Below the pieces are notes generated by a model. That model was not told the DNA's origin. It saw nothing but the letters and a program-made list of their open reading frames with translations, and did no database searches. This document shows positions 25,582 to 38,432 of a stretch of DNA of 64,000 nucleotides, piece after piece. The position numbers were made by a program, and so were the translations under genes. Position 1 is the first letter of the stretch. The number at the start of each line of letters is the position of its first letter. The stretch lies in assembly GCA_030704615.1 (NCBI GenBank), contig CM060734.1, forward strand, positions 7,564,001 through 7,628,000, written 5' to 3'. Origin of the DNA: Takakia lepidozioides. Its lineage: Eukaryota; Plantae; Bryophyta.

Positions 25582-26809
25582 CTGAGCTCCTACTTCAGCT
25601 GCACGCCTACTCTCTACAGACTGTCTCCTTCCTGCTGTCTACACGTCTCTGTAATGCTAAGAGGATTGAGATGAGCGATGAGGGAGCCTACTTCTCCAGA
25701 AAATTGTTGAACTTCCACTTTAACCGTAAGAAATGGCTGGTTTTAAGGATGCGATGTGGAAGCATCCAAAGTATGACAACCTCGATCGAATTCAGAAGAA
25801 TCTGTTAAAAATGCCGATCATCTACAAGCAAGCACAGGCCCCAGTTGTCTCTCAACCTACAGCCACTATCATCTGAGAGGAGGATAGCGTATGGTCGGGC
25901 GGGATTGCGGATAATTACAGGCGCTGAGCATATCAGACGACACAACGGGGGAACTTTCCGCGGTACGCACAACTACAAACGTGTTCCATGAGTGTTATAT
26001 CTGCGTTCTCGAATACCTAAAGACATCGAGGAGGCCTGCTGATTGAGTCCAACGACAGAGAGACCCAATAGAACTGACCAATGACTGTGGCTGAAATGAA
26101 GAACCAGCGAAGCACACCAGCATTCCACCACTTGGAAGCATTCCAGAAATTTCTCAGCTATTGGGAGGTCAAACATTATGGCTTTCCACCTATATCCGTA
26201 TAGACTCGCTGTCGAGACCAGAGACGTCCCTGAAGACTAGAACAGAGAACGCTCAGCGCTGTGGACGCCACCTACCCCACCTGGAGTACCACCTGCTCCA
26301 ATCTTGTTAGCGCGCTCCTCGCTCACCCAACTTACCATCACTTGTCAATCATCGCTGCTCACTCTCTCCCATGGAATTCTCGCACTGCCCTCTTCTCCTC
26401 CGATCCTTCCACTCTCCTTCCTCCCTTCCTTCGCTCCCGAGTTGATTCAGTCTTCGCTTACAGCCACCTGGCAGTCAACCTGCCAGCGCCGCCTTCAGAT
26501 ATGCTGGATATAATGTTTTTTCTTTTTCAAGGGAACCGGGAGCGATTCGTTAGGACGCCAAGTTTTTGTTTCTCAGCAAGACAGAAGGCCACGTCGACAA
26601 GTTGTGGCTAAACCCTAATAGCCAAAAGATCACATTTGTTTTAGCCAAATAACTATATTGTTAATAGTTGTTTTATTGAAGGGGGAAAAAGAGTTAAATC
26701 CCAAATGGTGCCATACGACCTCAACACTCAACCATGACCAAGAAGAAAAACCCTAATATTTTTTTTATATTTATTCTAATGATCCCTTAAAACCAATGTA
26801 AAGATCTCT

Positions 26810-29800
26810 CAGGATGGGCACACCCCCAATTGCGAAGTCCGACGCATCTGCATCCGGGATTTTCAGGACTGGAGCTTCCGTCATCCGCTGTTTTAACTCG
26901 GCAAAAGCTTGGCCACAAAAGGTGTTCCATACCCATACCTTGGACTTACACAAAAGGTTTGACAACGGCCCCGCGATCTTGGCGAAATTTCTCACATACT
27001 TTCGGTAATAGGAGGCGAGTCCTAGGAAGGATCTCACTCCCAGGACCGAAGTCGGAGGCTCTCAAGTCCAAGATCGCCCTCACCTTTCTGTTATCCATTT
27101 TGATCTCATCATGTGTAATCACATGCCCTATGAACTCCACTTTTGTGACCCCGAATTCGCACTTTGAAACTTTGGCATACAGCTTCTCTTCCCGCAATTT
27201 TTGGAACACCTTTTTGAGGTGCTTCAGGTGCTCTTCCTTCGTTTTTGAGTATACCAAGTTGTCGTCGATGTACACGATCACAAAGTTATCCAACCACTCC
27301 TGGAAAAGGCTGTTCATTAGCGTGCTAAAGGTCGCGGGTGCGTTGGTGAGCCCAAAAGGCATCACCAACATATGAACCATATCTTGTCATGCACGCGGTT
27401 TTCTCCTCATCTCCTTCCACCACTCGGATTTGATGGTAACTTGAGTGCAAGTCGATCCGGCTGAAATACTTTGCTCTTGCCAACCGATCGAAGAGGTCGT
27501 TGATCTTTGGTAAAGGGTACCGGTTTTTTATAGTCACTTTATTTAAAGCCTTGTAATCAACGTTACACATCCGCAGCGTCCCATCCTTCTTGTCTGCGAA
27601 TAGCACCGGGGCTCCGTAAGGTGACTTACTCGGCCGGATGTACCCCTTTGACATTAGATCCTTGAGCTGGGCCTTCAGCTCGACCAACTCTCTGTGGCTC
27701 AACCGGTAGGTATCACCGGTATCACCTCTATCTTGTGATCAACTCCTCTTCGCGGTGGCAAGCCACTTGGTAAATCCTCCGGCATCACATCCTGGTATTT
27801 CTCCAGGATCCCCTTGATCCAATCTGGGCTCGGCTCCCTATCGACTTCTCCTTCCACTTATCTTACGTAAAGCAAAAACTGGGGTTCGTATGGCTCCTCC
27901 ATGGCCCACTCCTTTGTTGTCAGTAGATTTATTCGCCATCTCACTCGGTTGGGCATTTCCGACATCCGTAAAACTTCGTCATCATCCCCACACGGTAGCG
28001 TGACTACTCTCTTGCGGCCATCTATGACCGCTCCGAATTTGCTCAAAAATGTCATCTCCAAAATGAGATCCACTCCATCGATCTCGCAAATTGTGAAGTT
28101 CTCACGTCCCTCCCAACTCCCCAGCTGAAGAGGAACATCGAACGTCAACCTCGTCGCCAGTTATGGTTATCTTTTGGCAGAACGCACTTCAATAGAGGCT
28201 CCCACATCACTTGTCGGGAGCCCTAGCTTCTGTGCCGTTGCCGGTGTCATGAAAGAGTGCGACGCTCATGTGTTCACCAACAATGACACGTTAGTTCCGA
28301 AAATTATCCCACTCACGAACATTAACTGACTCTCTTTACGCAAGAGGCCAGTCTCCTGATACAACTCACAAGAGTAGTTGTCTACCTTGCAAGTCTTGGC
28401 AACCACCACTTCCATCAAGCGGCTGATGGAATCTTCGGACAGCTCCGTGATCGACCGAGTCATGTTCAATTGTCAGGGTTTTGCGTACTTCTTGGCCATA
28501 TGTCCGGCCTCCCCGCAATTAAAGCACACTTCATCAAAGGTCGTCTTCTGTCCGCCATAAGCCGTCGCACCTGATTTTTCTTTCGGAGCACCGGGTGCCG
28601 CCTTGACGTGTGAAGGCCCTCCTTTCGAATTCCATGTGTCATTGTCACCGCGTGGCCTATCCCACTTCTTTTCTTATCAGAAGGAGTCATCCTCCCTCCG
28701 GGTCTTCTTGTGGTTTAGCTCCGTACGACCTTGTCTTTCGCCCCTAGGGACATCCAAGAAACATTCAGCCCTTTCAATTGCCTCGTTCAAAGTATTAGGT
28801 GGCTTCTCCTCCAACTTCCGTCTGGCCTATGGGGCCAGTCCCGCCACAAAGTTGAAGACCATTTCTGGTTCTGCCATATCCGCGACTTCGAGCAACAGCA
28901 CATTGAAAGCCTGAACATATCCCCGAATGTCATCCGTTTTTTTCAAATTCCTCATCTTCTCTCGAGCAAGCCATGACGCGTTGAGGGGCACAAATTGTCT
29001 TTTCATAAGTTCATTGAACTCACTCCAGCTCAAGGTTTCTGGGTTTGGACCTTGGTCATGAAGGCATTTCTGCCACCATTGTTGAGCATAGCCCCTCAAA
29101 TAGGTGGGAGCTACTTCCATCCGATCCTCGTCACTCAACTTGGCCGCCCAGAAGTATTGCTCTAGCTCCAAGAGCCAGATGTTGAGTGCCTTCCGATTTC
29201 GGACGCCCTCGAAGGTGTCAGGTTCCTTAGGCTTCACCTTAAATTTTGCCTTAGTGGAAGTGGCATTAGCTGCCTTCAACATGTCTTTCAACGTCTCGCC
29301 AAACTGCGCCAACGACCCTTCCCAAAAGGCTGCTGGCATGGGAGGCATCTGTTGGTCTGGCGGAGCCTTTGGGAAGTCCTCGGGCTCCGACTCCCAAAAT
29401 TCTTCCCGTTCTTGAGCGGCCTCGCTTTCAAAAGCATGAATCGTCTCTTCCAATTGCCGCTTCGGTGACACGTCGCTCCCACCGGGCTCACCAGGGTCAT
29501 CATCTTTCGAGCCGTTCCGCTTTCGCTTTGTCTTGCCCTACCCCATGATGAGGCCGATCTCAAGGACGAGTGCGTACTGAACTCTAAGCTCTGATATCAA
29601 ATGTCGCGCACCTCACTTCCGTAAGCTCCCCTTCATGTCATAGATACTCGCTTTGATGCGCGCGCCTAACTCCCAAACTGGCCGTCGGGCCAACTCGGAG
29701 CTTCGGCTGCTCACCGGGACAAACGGTCCCTTTTTGCTCCTCCACAAGACCCTCGCTCACTTTGGGCCTAGTGGAAATTCCCTTTGGTTGTTGGCAGTCC

Positions 29801-30181
29801 GGAACAGCTCCCCACACCTTGGTCGCTTTCCGGCTCGCACGCTTACTCACTAGTTTCTGGTCACCAACGGGCTTGCACCGTTCTCGGGGTTACTACTCCC
29901 TATATATACTTATGTGACTGTCCGCGGGGGTTTCGTAAACAATACCGTCCTTTTATGGCGAACCACCATAAAGACCCTTGACTCCCGGTGATGAGTCGCG
30001 GTGAGTCTTGGCCCACCCACCACGGCCCCAATGGACCGTGATGAGTCCCAAGACTCCCAACAACTCCCACCACAAGGTCTCCGCCCCATGGTGAGTCCTA
30101 TGTCACCCCCACTAAGACCCACTAAGCTATCACCACCCCTCATGGAACCACCCCCACCGCAACCCGGTGTGCGGGGCTCCA
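26810..30181 (-). mobile_element. Ty3/gypsy LTR retrotransposon, 3'-truncated (5' LTR, PBS, gag, protease, RT, start of RNase H)
   Basis: LTR ~29602-30181 with TATA at ~29900; PBS tgatatcagagc (tRNA-iMet type) at 29588-29599; gag 28480-29471 with CFNCGEAGHMAKKY; [34 protein letters not shown]; RNase H DASDFAIGGV. Integrase and 3' LTR absent. Confidence 0.92.
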
Positions 30182-30727
30182 CCTAGTGAGCGCCTTCGCC
30201 TCCTTGAGTGCCTCATAGGCATTTGCTTGGCTAGTTGAGACACCTCTCTCTTCATTTCTCTTCTTCTTTCTTCACTCTCGGACCCAACTACCCTTCTTTT
30301 TACAGTAGGCACACTTGGTCTTTTTCTTGAGTTATTTGATGCGCTCTGAATTAGACAACTTCTTGTTGTCTTTTGGACCTTTCTGTTTCTATTTTCTTTC
30401 CTTGGAGACAAAGGCTGGCTTGTTCTTTCTTGCTTGCCCTTTCTTTCTTGGGAGAAGAATGTTTGGTCTTCATGAGCATCATCATTTTCTAGCTTGTTTA
30501 GAGTATATTTTTTCAAGAGTCTCGCTGTGAGTGTTTCTACCGTTTGCTTCTCGGTTGGGACATGATCCCATGTTGAGATAATGTGGCGATAGTCCTTAGG
30601 CAAACTGCAAATGATCTTGGTGACCACCGCTGATTGAGTTGTGGGTTCACCAAGGTCATTAGTTGTCGGGCCAATGCTTCCACCTTGCTAATGTGGCTTG
30701 CAATGTCATCTTTTTGCTGCATCTCAG

Positions 30728-31188
30728 AAGTCACATAAATCGGTTGTGTAACCATTGGACTACCTACTCAGTTGTGTAACTATAAAGGAGAGTTGCGTCT
30801 CTCACAACAAGAACACACAGAGACAGAGAGAGATGGATATATATTAAGTATGAGAGTATTTCTACATGATCTATAAAAGTATGTAATTGTTGTTATAAAA
30901 GATCTAGGTTCTCAATGTGTAGAATATTTCACATGGTATCAGAGCCAAGGTTGGGGCGGTGGTCAGAATGGGTGGGCATTAGCTATAAGGGTTATGCCTT
31001 GAGGGGGAGTGTTGGAGTGTTGGAGTGTCAAGGTTATAGCCCTTGCACGGCACTTTGAGAACAGAATGGGATGGTAGCTCAGTGGTAGAGCACCCCACCG
31101 GAATGGGGGATGTCCTAGGTTCAATCCCTAGCCCGACCACATGCCAATGGTTTTCCAACATGGTATCGGAGCCACCTTGACAAGGTGG
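30728..31188 (+). mobile_element. TRIM-like non-autonomous LTR element: partial LTR-A, PBS, ~50 bp internal region, PPT, tRNA-containing LTR-B, second PBS
   Basis: ...ttcaca|tggtatcagagcca (30934-30947); PPT gagggggag (31001-31009); LTR tgttgga...tccaaca (31010-31160); tggtatcggagcca (31161-31174). Inserted within copia gag between FFEY and EMQQKD. Confidence 0.8.
31068..31139 (+). tRNA. tRNA-like sequence (pseudo-tRNA with A and B boxes) inside LTR-B
   Basis: TA-GCTC-AGTGGTA-GAGC D arm, CCCCA/TGGGG anticodon stem with a 6-nt loop, CTAGG-TTCAATC-CCTAG T arm. Acceptor stem has 3 mismatches, so probably not a functional tRNA. Confidence 0.8.
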
Positions 31189-32187
31189 TACTCAAAAAAC
31201 TTCTGTTGAAGTATGTGCTTGTTCTCTAATGAGCTTTGTTCATGGATAGTTGTCAACCTAGACCAGATCTCATGAGCAGTTCTGCAGTTGATGAGAGTCT
31301 GCAGGTGCTTCTCATCTACTGCCGCGCTTATGAACAACTTTGCACAATTATTTTTGCTATCCCAATCTTTCTCTATGCCTTCTGCTACTGACATCTCTCG
31401 AGTTCTACTTCCATCAATCACACTCATGAATTCCTCGGCCTCAAACAACATTTGCATCTAGAATATCCAAAGTTGAAAGTTGGCTCCATGAAACCTTGCT
31501 ATGTCCGCTACATCTTTCAAATCTCCTCTCGTTGTGACTGCTTTGTTCCTTGCTAGTGTAGATTCTTTCAGCAGAAAAAACCAGCCCTAGTGATAAAGTT
31601 AGATTAAATGCTGTGGGGCCATAACTTGTTGAGAATAAACGCACAACATTCTAGCATCTAAACACTCACAAGCATCTGGAACAAAGGCAAGCAAATACAC
31701 AAGAATGAGCTGCTGAAGAAGTTTCAGATAATTGCACAACTGTGCAGAGTTTTGTGACAGATCTTAACTACAAAGAGACGAGCTACCTACAGGCTATGAA
31801 AGAACTACAATCTCAGAATTGCAGGGAAAAGCAAGCTACTAAGATACACACTTGACAGTGCTGCCAACTACATATGCTACTCTAACAGAATGCAGATCGA
31901 GTTCTGCTGTCCCAGTGCCGAGCCGAGTGGAATCCTGCCAAGAAAATGCCACGTACCGGCTGAGCACTCCAAGAAGGACCTGCAACCCTAATTAGTTATT
32001 TCTGTTGTGAGATGAACCATGAATTACAACAATGACTGCCAGTAGCCATTTGGGCACAGGTTTTGCCCTCTCCCCGCCAAACTACACGTGATCAACTCAC
32101 AATGTTGAGAGCTGGTCCTTGGATTCCCGATCCATTCGTCAATCTACTCACCTTCACTTGTACTTCGGATGCACATTTTTGCTACAG

Positions 32188-33404
32188 TCAGTTCCTCACT
32201 GGAACATTTCCTAGCAAACGGGGCCTTCTAGCTTGCCTCACACCAAGCCATTTTGCAGCTGGCTTACTGGTCCTCCCTGATGAGTTACTGATCCTACGTG
32301 CTGGTTTACCGGTCTTCTCCGATGGTTTAGAAACCTTCCTGATGGTTTGCTTTCTCCCCCTGACGGTGCACTGACCCTCCGTGATGTCCGGCATCTGTTT
32401 AAACCTTTGAAGTGCTGCTGGTGACTGCCAAACGTCGTCCTCATCTTTATGGTCAGATTCTAGTTCAATCACCTCATTTACGTCAGCGACCTCGCTTTTC
32501 TTGCTGTGAGTCTTTTCTCCTTTTGTCTTGACCTTCTGAGCAGGCAGTGAACCTTCCTCATCACTGTGCTCGAAAACCACAACCTCCTCCTCTTTGACTT
32601 GTCTCTTGCGTTTGCCAGACCGTGCTGCCTCAACGACCTTCAATTCTGTGTCCTCTTTGGCACCTTGTTTGACTCTCTTGCACCGAACCACATCAAGAAC
32701 AGCTGCATCTTCTTGGTTAATCTCTTCTTTGATTGTTTTACGAAGTTTCCTGGATACAGGCGTCATTGATTTTTTCCCGCTTGAGCTCTTTTCCACTTTC
32801 TCTCTGTCTGGATACGATGCAGTTGACTTCTTAGTGGGACGTTTCGTCTCTTTCTTCTCTGCCGCCAATGTTCCCCCTTCCGTCGGTGCTTCATCTGCAT
32901 CCTGGGATGCTGGGTCCTGCTCAGAGGCCCTTACAATGTGGATCTTGAATCTAGTCCTAGAAACGAGCTCAAACACGCATGCGTCTCCATTTACCAAGTT
33001 ATGGTCCAGCGAGAAGCCTCGCCATCCCCCACTCAGTCCCACCTTTTTCGCTAGATAGATCGTCTCCCATTCCTTATCTTGCTCATCCTGCAGCATAATT
33101 CGGTCATCTTGTAATGGCAGGTGCACCTTGCAGAAGGCGGCCGGCAGCCCGAGCCAAAACCCACTCGCTGTGTGGGAGTGTAACATTGGCTTGACGATGG
33201 ACGGATTATCTAAGCCTTTGGTGATTTCTTCAGTAGCTTCAATCGCTGCCATGCGAGCCTTATCAGAGAAGTACCGGCGAGGGAGACTTTGCATGTCTCC
33301 CCTGGACCCACAACTTGCCCGAAGCCCAGAAATCTCAAAATGGTCTTTGTAATCAACAACTGGCTTGGCAGCCACTCGAGAAGACCGCCTCTGCTCCTTG
33401 CGCA
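32188..33404 (-). CDS. B3 DNA-binding domain protein (REM/VRN1-related); N-terminal exon not identified
   Basis: RRSSRV..ARMAAIE..VKPMLHSHTASGFWLGLPAAFC..YLAKKVGLSGGWRGFSLDHNLVNGDACVFELV, then a long K/E-rich tail. Open frame of ~400 codons starting at a probable acceptor site; first in-frame ATG ~33295. Confidence 0.85.
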
Positions 33405-35173
33405 CTGACACAAGAGTAGAATCAAAGTAAGTCTGTTATTGCTCACGCCGTTCTGCACAGTACCGATGCAAAGGTAGGCACACACAGACAGACAAGCTGA
33501 TGCGTGAGAGGAGCGTAAAACCCTAGCGAGTGTAGTTTTGGTGGGCTTTAAATAGCGTACAGGGCGCAGTTTTGCCGCTCTAAATTGGAGCGGGCAATGA
33601 GAGAATGGTCTACATAACTATCGATGATTGTTGAAGATCTGCCAACTGCGAGCTATGCGGAAGGGATCTCGGGTTGCAGCAGCGAAATGCAAAGCTAAAA
33701 GTCGAGCGTGAACAATGTACTTCAAATTTATCAGCAGGCTTGCAGACAGCTCTTGCTGTTGTCAGCAGCAGCAGCAGCAGTCACTGATGTAGGTTTCAGT
33801 CCGATTTCATCAACATTGACAGTGTGATTGCCAGGACTAATCTTGCTTGAGGTTATGGGTGCCTTTCGCATTACATCGATGGCATCGCTTCAGGAGCAGT
33901 AGCGACTGAGAACACATGTCACATTCTGTCGGAAGTAAATATCACGTATAGGGTAAGTCCCCCACCCGAGGGTGTACCGCGGTGTGAGGGGAGTGACCGA
34001 GGGCGCACCCGAGGGTGGGGAACTTACGCTGCGTAAAGACATAGGGTTTCTTTTCGCTGTGGACGGCTCAGATTGGGGCATCTAACATAAAAGATGACAT
34101 TGTAAGGAAAAAGATGGCGTGCATAATCTCCCACGGGACATTACGCGTAATATCACACGGGAAATTACGTAATCTCCCACGGGAAATCCCTCTCGTCTCC
34201 CTCTCTTATTATCTAGTCCTTCAAACGGGGGTGATGGGCAGAGGATAGGAGTTTGGTGTCATTTGTCTGTCAGAAGTTACTTCCAGCTTTCGTGAGATGC
34301 CACGAAGCTATTAAATGGCAGGGGCATATACATGGAACACTGGCATCAAAACGGTAGATTCCTGTGGGTGACTCTAGACAACACTAATTTGGTGCTGTAG
34401 CACAAACCAGAATACCGGCAGCCAGTTGGCTTCCACACTCTGCAGTTGGGCCTGGAGCTTGAAGGAAAATTGATCAGTTGGCACCATTCTCCATATGGAT
34501 GCGATATCAATAACTGAGGATTGCTCTCTACTTTGTCTCGCAGTCCCTTTTTAAGGGACACTATGGACTTAGTACTTTATAGATCCACAACCCTCATACT
34601 AGAACTCTCTCTTCATTGCAAATTTAGAGACTTCTCATATGATGTTTCATAATCGTCATGCAACTTCCCCAGACTCTCCGACTCCATTTTATTTACAAGC
34701 TCAAGGTCCTCCCACAAGTCAAGCCCCCACTCCTCACATGTCTACATCCTAGTGAAATGTTCCAGACCCAGCCTAACTCTCCACACGTGTGCACATTGGT
34801 CCCCCCAAAAAACCTGAAGTTCCACCCCATTCCCAACCAGCCATTCATTGATCCCGTGGACTCTCTATGTTGGACCTTGAAAAGAAAAACTTTCGAAGAT
34901 TTGGGGTACTTATTTCTCAGAAATATTAGGAAGGACATGAGGAGAGCTGATCATCTGAATACCTGCATACTCCGGCTGAAGATTTTAACCTCCACACCTT
35001 TAGAAGACAGAGTTAAGACAAGGTCCAGCACAGCAACATTTCTCTACAGGGTTGTATTGACCAAGATTCTCTGCAGGAATCCAAAAGCAGTTGAGCGAGA
35101 TACTGGCAACACAATGAATCCTGGCATCTCCACACCTGGCATCTCCATGTCGCATGTTTCAACAGTAACAAGC

Positions 35174-36755
35174 TCAGTCTTTGACGTCATGAAAGCGGTT
35201 GGTAATGTCAGGCACATACCCAACCTCCTTCATCAGACGGACTATCTCTCCAACTCAGTATGGATTTCCTCATTTTGTGGATGCAATTGATCATCTACAG
35301 GGAATGAATGCATAGGGTGGTCTACCTCAATACAGCTGCACCCTGGTTGCTCTCTTGCAGCTCTGTCCTGCAATACATTTCTCACCTTTGCTTTATCATC
35401 CCACCTGCCCGTAGCAGCATAAATGTTTGATAGTAGTACATATGTTGCAGTGTCCTATGGCTCACACTTGAGAATACTCACACGTTCTGCTACTTCCACA
35501 TTTACATAAGTTCTGCAGGCTCCAAGCAATGCCCTCAACACTGCAACACCTGGTTCAATTGGCATGTTGTTAATGAGGTCCTCTGCCTCATTCAATCGTC
35601 CAGCACGGCCAAGAAGGTTCACTATGCAGCCAAAATGCTCCACTGTAGGAATGATGCCATGCTCTCGACTCAAAGTAGTGACGGCCTTCATCCACTAGAC
35701 CACGTGGCTACATGTAGAGAGAACACCTATAAAGGTAATACTGTCAGGCTTCAAGCCTTCCTGCTGCATTTGTTCAAATCGTAGAAGGGCCTGCCTACCA
35801 CACCCATGCTGAGCATATCCTGCGATCATATGCGACCACATCATGTTGAGCCATTTCGTCAAACACTTTCCGTGCATCCTTCATGTTCCCGCATTTTGCA
35901 TACAGATCAACAAGGGCAGTCTTCAGAATAATATCTTCTGGAATTCCAGCTTTGATGATGTCTGCATGGACCTTTTTGCCCTTTTCTAAGCCTGCCAGGC
36001 TGGCACATGCATGGAGAACAGAAATGAATGTGACCTTGTTGGGCATCACGCCTTCCCGTAGCATATGCTCATACACTTGAAAGCCTCCAAACCACACCCA
36101 TGCTGGGCATACCCTGCAATGATTGCACTCCATGAGACCACAATTCGTTCAGTCATACTGTCAAACACTTCACGTGCATCTGTCCACATTTGGCATACAT
36201 GTCGACAAGGGCAGTCTCCAGAATGATATCTTCTGTAAATCCAGCTTTGATTACATCAGCATGGACCTTTCTCCCAAACTTGGCATACATGTTGAGAAGG
36301 GTGTTGAGTACAAAGTTGTTTGGCTTGTTTGGCCACTTTCGATGATGTGGGTGTGCACCTCCTTTCCCATTTCAAAGTTTTGAATTTTGATGCACTCTCG
36401 CAAGAGACAGACATACGTATAGGAGTCTGCTGAAGTGCCTTGTTTGTTCAAAATGTGCAGTGCCTCTTTCAGTTGCCCTGCCTTACATAGTGCCCTCACA
36501 TCCCCACAAGAGCCAAACGGGTTGTGGCTGACTCCATAAGCAGACTGTGGTCGACCCTGTAGCATAGCACGTACTACTGGATTAAACCAAGGAGTTTTCA
36601 ACGAACCCTCAACCAATGGGGCCTTGCTTGTGTGTTTATGTGTGGGGTATGGTGATCTTGGATTTTTCTGTGAGAACCACCAGTTGGCATCTGAGGAGCG
36701 CCAGTTTGAAGACAGCCTCCAATAGACCAGGCTCCAAGCGTTTTTCAAACAACAT
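35174..36755 (-). pseudogene. PLS-class PPR-E+ RNA-editing factor pseudogene
   Basis: DVRALCKAGQLKEAL, TALVDLYAKCG, EHFGCIVNLLGRAGRLNEAEDLINNMPIEPG, YVLLSNIYAATGRW, QPGCSCIEV, MKEVGYVPDI..HDVKD*. Stops, frameshifts and internal deletions; no DYW domain seen. Confidence 0.9.
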
Positions 36756-38432
36756 GGAGCACCCTTGAGCAAGTTAACAATAAGGACTGTCTGTGCTGGC
36801 TTTACACTACAAAGATCAAAATTGTCATTAATTTCAGGGGATAAAGATAGCCTCACCTTATCAAACCTGCTGGGCCACCACCGTGAAGGAACTGCTGCCA
36901 GAAATGTTCTGTTCCTTTAAATTGACCTGTGTGCAAGAACAAAGAGACCATGAGAACTTCACCAGCTACCGATTACCTCAGTCACTATTAAAGAGTCCAA
37001 GTTCTTTGAACATAGAGCTGCTAAGATCTCCAATCGGGACCTGCCATACCAATCTGGTCTCAATCATTCCTTTGTGTGCCATGAAGAGCGACAAAGGAAA
37101 ATCATCACCCTTTCTATTCTATTATCACTGATAGAGCAGTATTAAAACCCCTCCTGGATTGCTGGAATTCATTGATATCTACCTTGACATGAGACTAACT
37201 GAGAAGTCTCACCCTACTAACTGAGAAGAAAGTCAGATTCTTCCCTCATAGAAATCCAAGTCTATCCTCTACTATGACACTTCCTCCCAAATTCACAGCA
37301 CAGTGTTGGGACCAACCAGATGGTTTCAAAAACTGTCTGTGGCTTTGCAAGGCTGGAATATGGCAACGCTTTCTCAGTATCCAATAGTTTTGCTGCCCAG
37401 ATAACCAATTAGGTGCATTGTGTTGGCAATTTCTTTCCTGAATGTCACTAGGGGCAGACATTGCAACTCATTGTTCTCTACCTCCAGGTGGCCTCCTTCC
37501 TCATCCCCCTGTCCATAAAACCTCATCGCTATCTGCAGGCCTCCACTGCCCAGCAATCACCTGGAAATTATGGGAAATCAATCTCAATCCAACGCGCTTT
37601 GGAGAATGTTTAGGGCGGTGCAGAGTGTACATTCCACACCTTCCGAGCTCTTCTCGCATATGGCCAGGCTTACAGGCAGAGTGGCCTCGGGAAGGGTTTG
37701 GAGGCCACCCCGAGATGCCTCCAGCAACGAAGGTCATGGTAGAGTGCAAGGCATGTATGGCCCCCACAAGTGCTTGCAAGCTCACTGTAGGCGAAATCCT
37801 GAGACTTTCCAGTAATACTGCCATTGATTCGGAGTGATAAGCTTGGCTTGAACGAACTAGTCAGCGAGAAAGGATCACATCTATGAGTGAACAAGGGTGG
37901 TTTCAGCTCGGCATCACTTTGAAGCATAATTTCAACAAAGACATCGAGATTTGGCACTCATACCGGTGTAACCTGATACACCATTGTGATGGCATGGCTG
38001 CAAGTGTTTCTACACTAAAACAAGAACCGAGTGAGCTATGGCGGGGTCGTGCCGCTCTAAACTTCCACCCAGTTGAGAATCTGCCATGAAATAGTAGTTA
38101 TTGGTAGCACCATACTCCTCAGGGCTTTGACCTCGTTACACTATTGCAACACCCACAAGCTCGAGAGAACATCCTTTGGTTTCCGATCAGCACGCAGCCC
38201 TACCTCTTTCTTCACCGAGCCCACTCAATACAGCTGTGAGAGATTGATTGCTCCACAGGCGCTGCTTGATTGCTGGCAAGTTCAGACATATTGGAGGGAG
38301 ATCTGGAGAAGGCGAAGCAGGAACAACCTTTCATCCACAAGGGCCGCATGCTTCATCCCTACAGTGCTGTTTCTTTCATCCGCCGAGCGCAGGGATACAG
38401 ACAGCTCGTGCATCAGTAGTGAAGCTGCAGCG

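Larger units (their letters stand above)
30183..31887 (-). mobile_element. Ty1/copia remnant (5' LTR 31627-31887, half-tRNA-type PBS, gag) interrupted by a TRIM and by the gypsy element
   Basis: gag RFHGANFQLW, TAHEIWSRLTTIHEQ, KIICSLPKDYRHIISTWD, degenerate knuckle; LTR tgttagag...ctcaaca; PBS agttatggccccacag. Confidence 0.85.

Noticed and set aside
31068-31139. Functional tRNA gene
   Set aside because: Mispaired acceptor stem, 6-nt anticodon loop, no oligo-T directly downstream, and location inside an LTR.
34658-35290. 210-aa + strand ORF
   Set aside because: Antisense to the PPR-E+ 3' end and UTR, with no recognisable domain.
37246-37960. Overlapping short ORFs between the PPR and FolD genes
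   Set aside because: No recognisable family motif or consistent exon structure.
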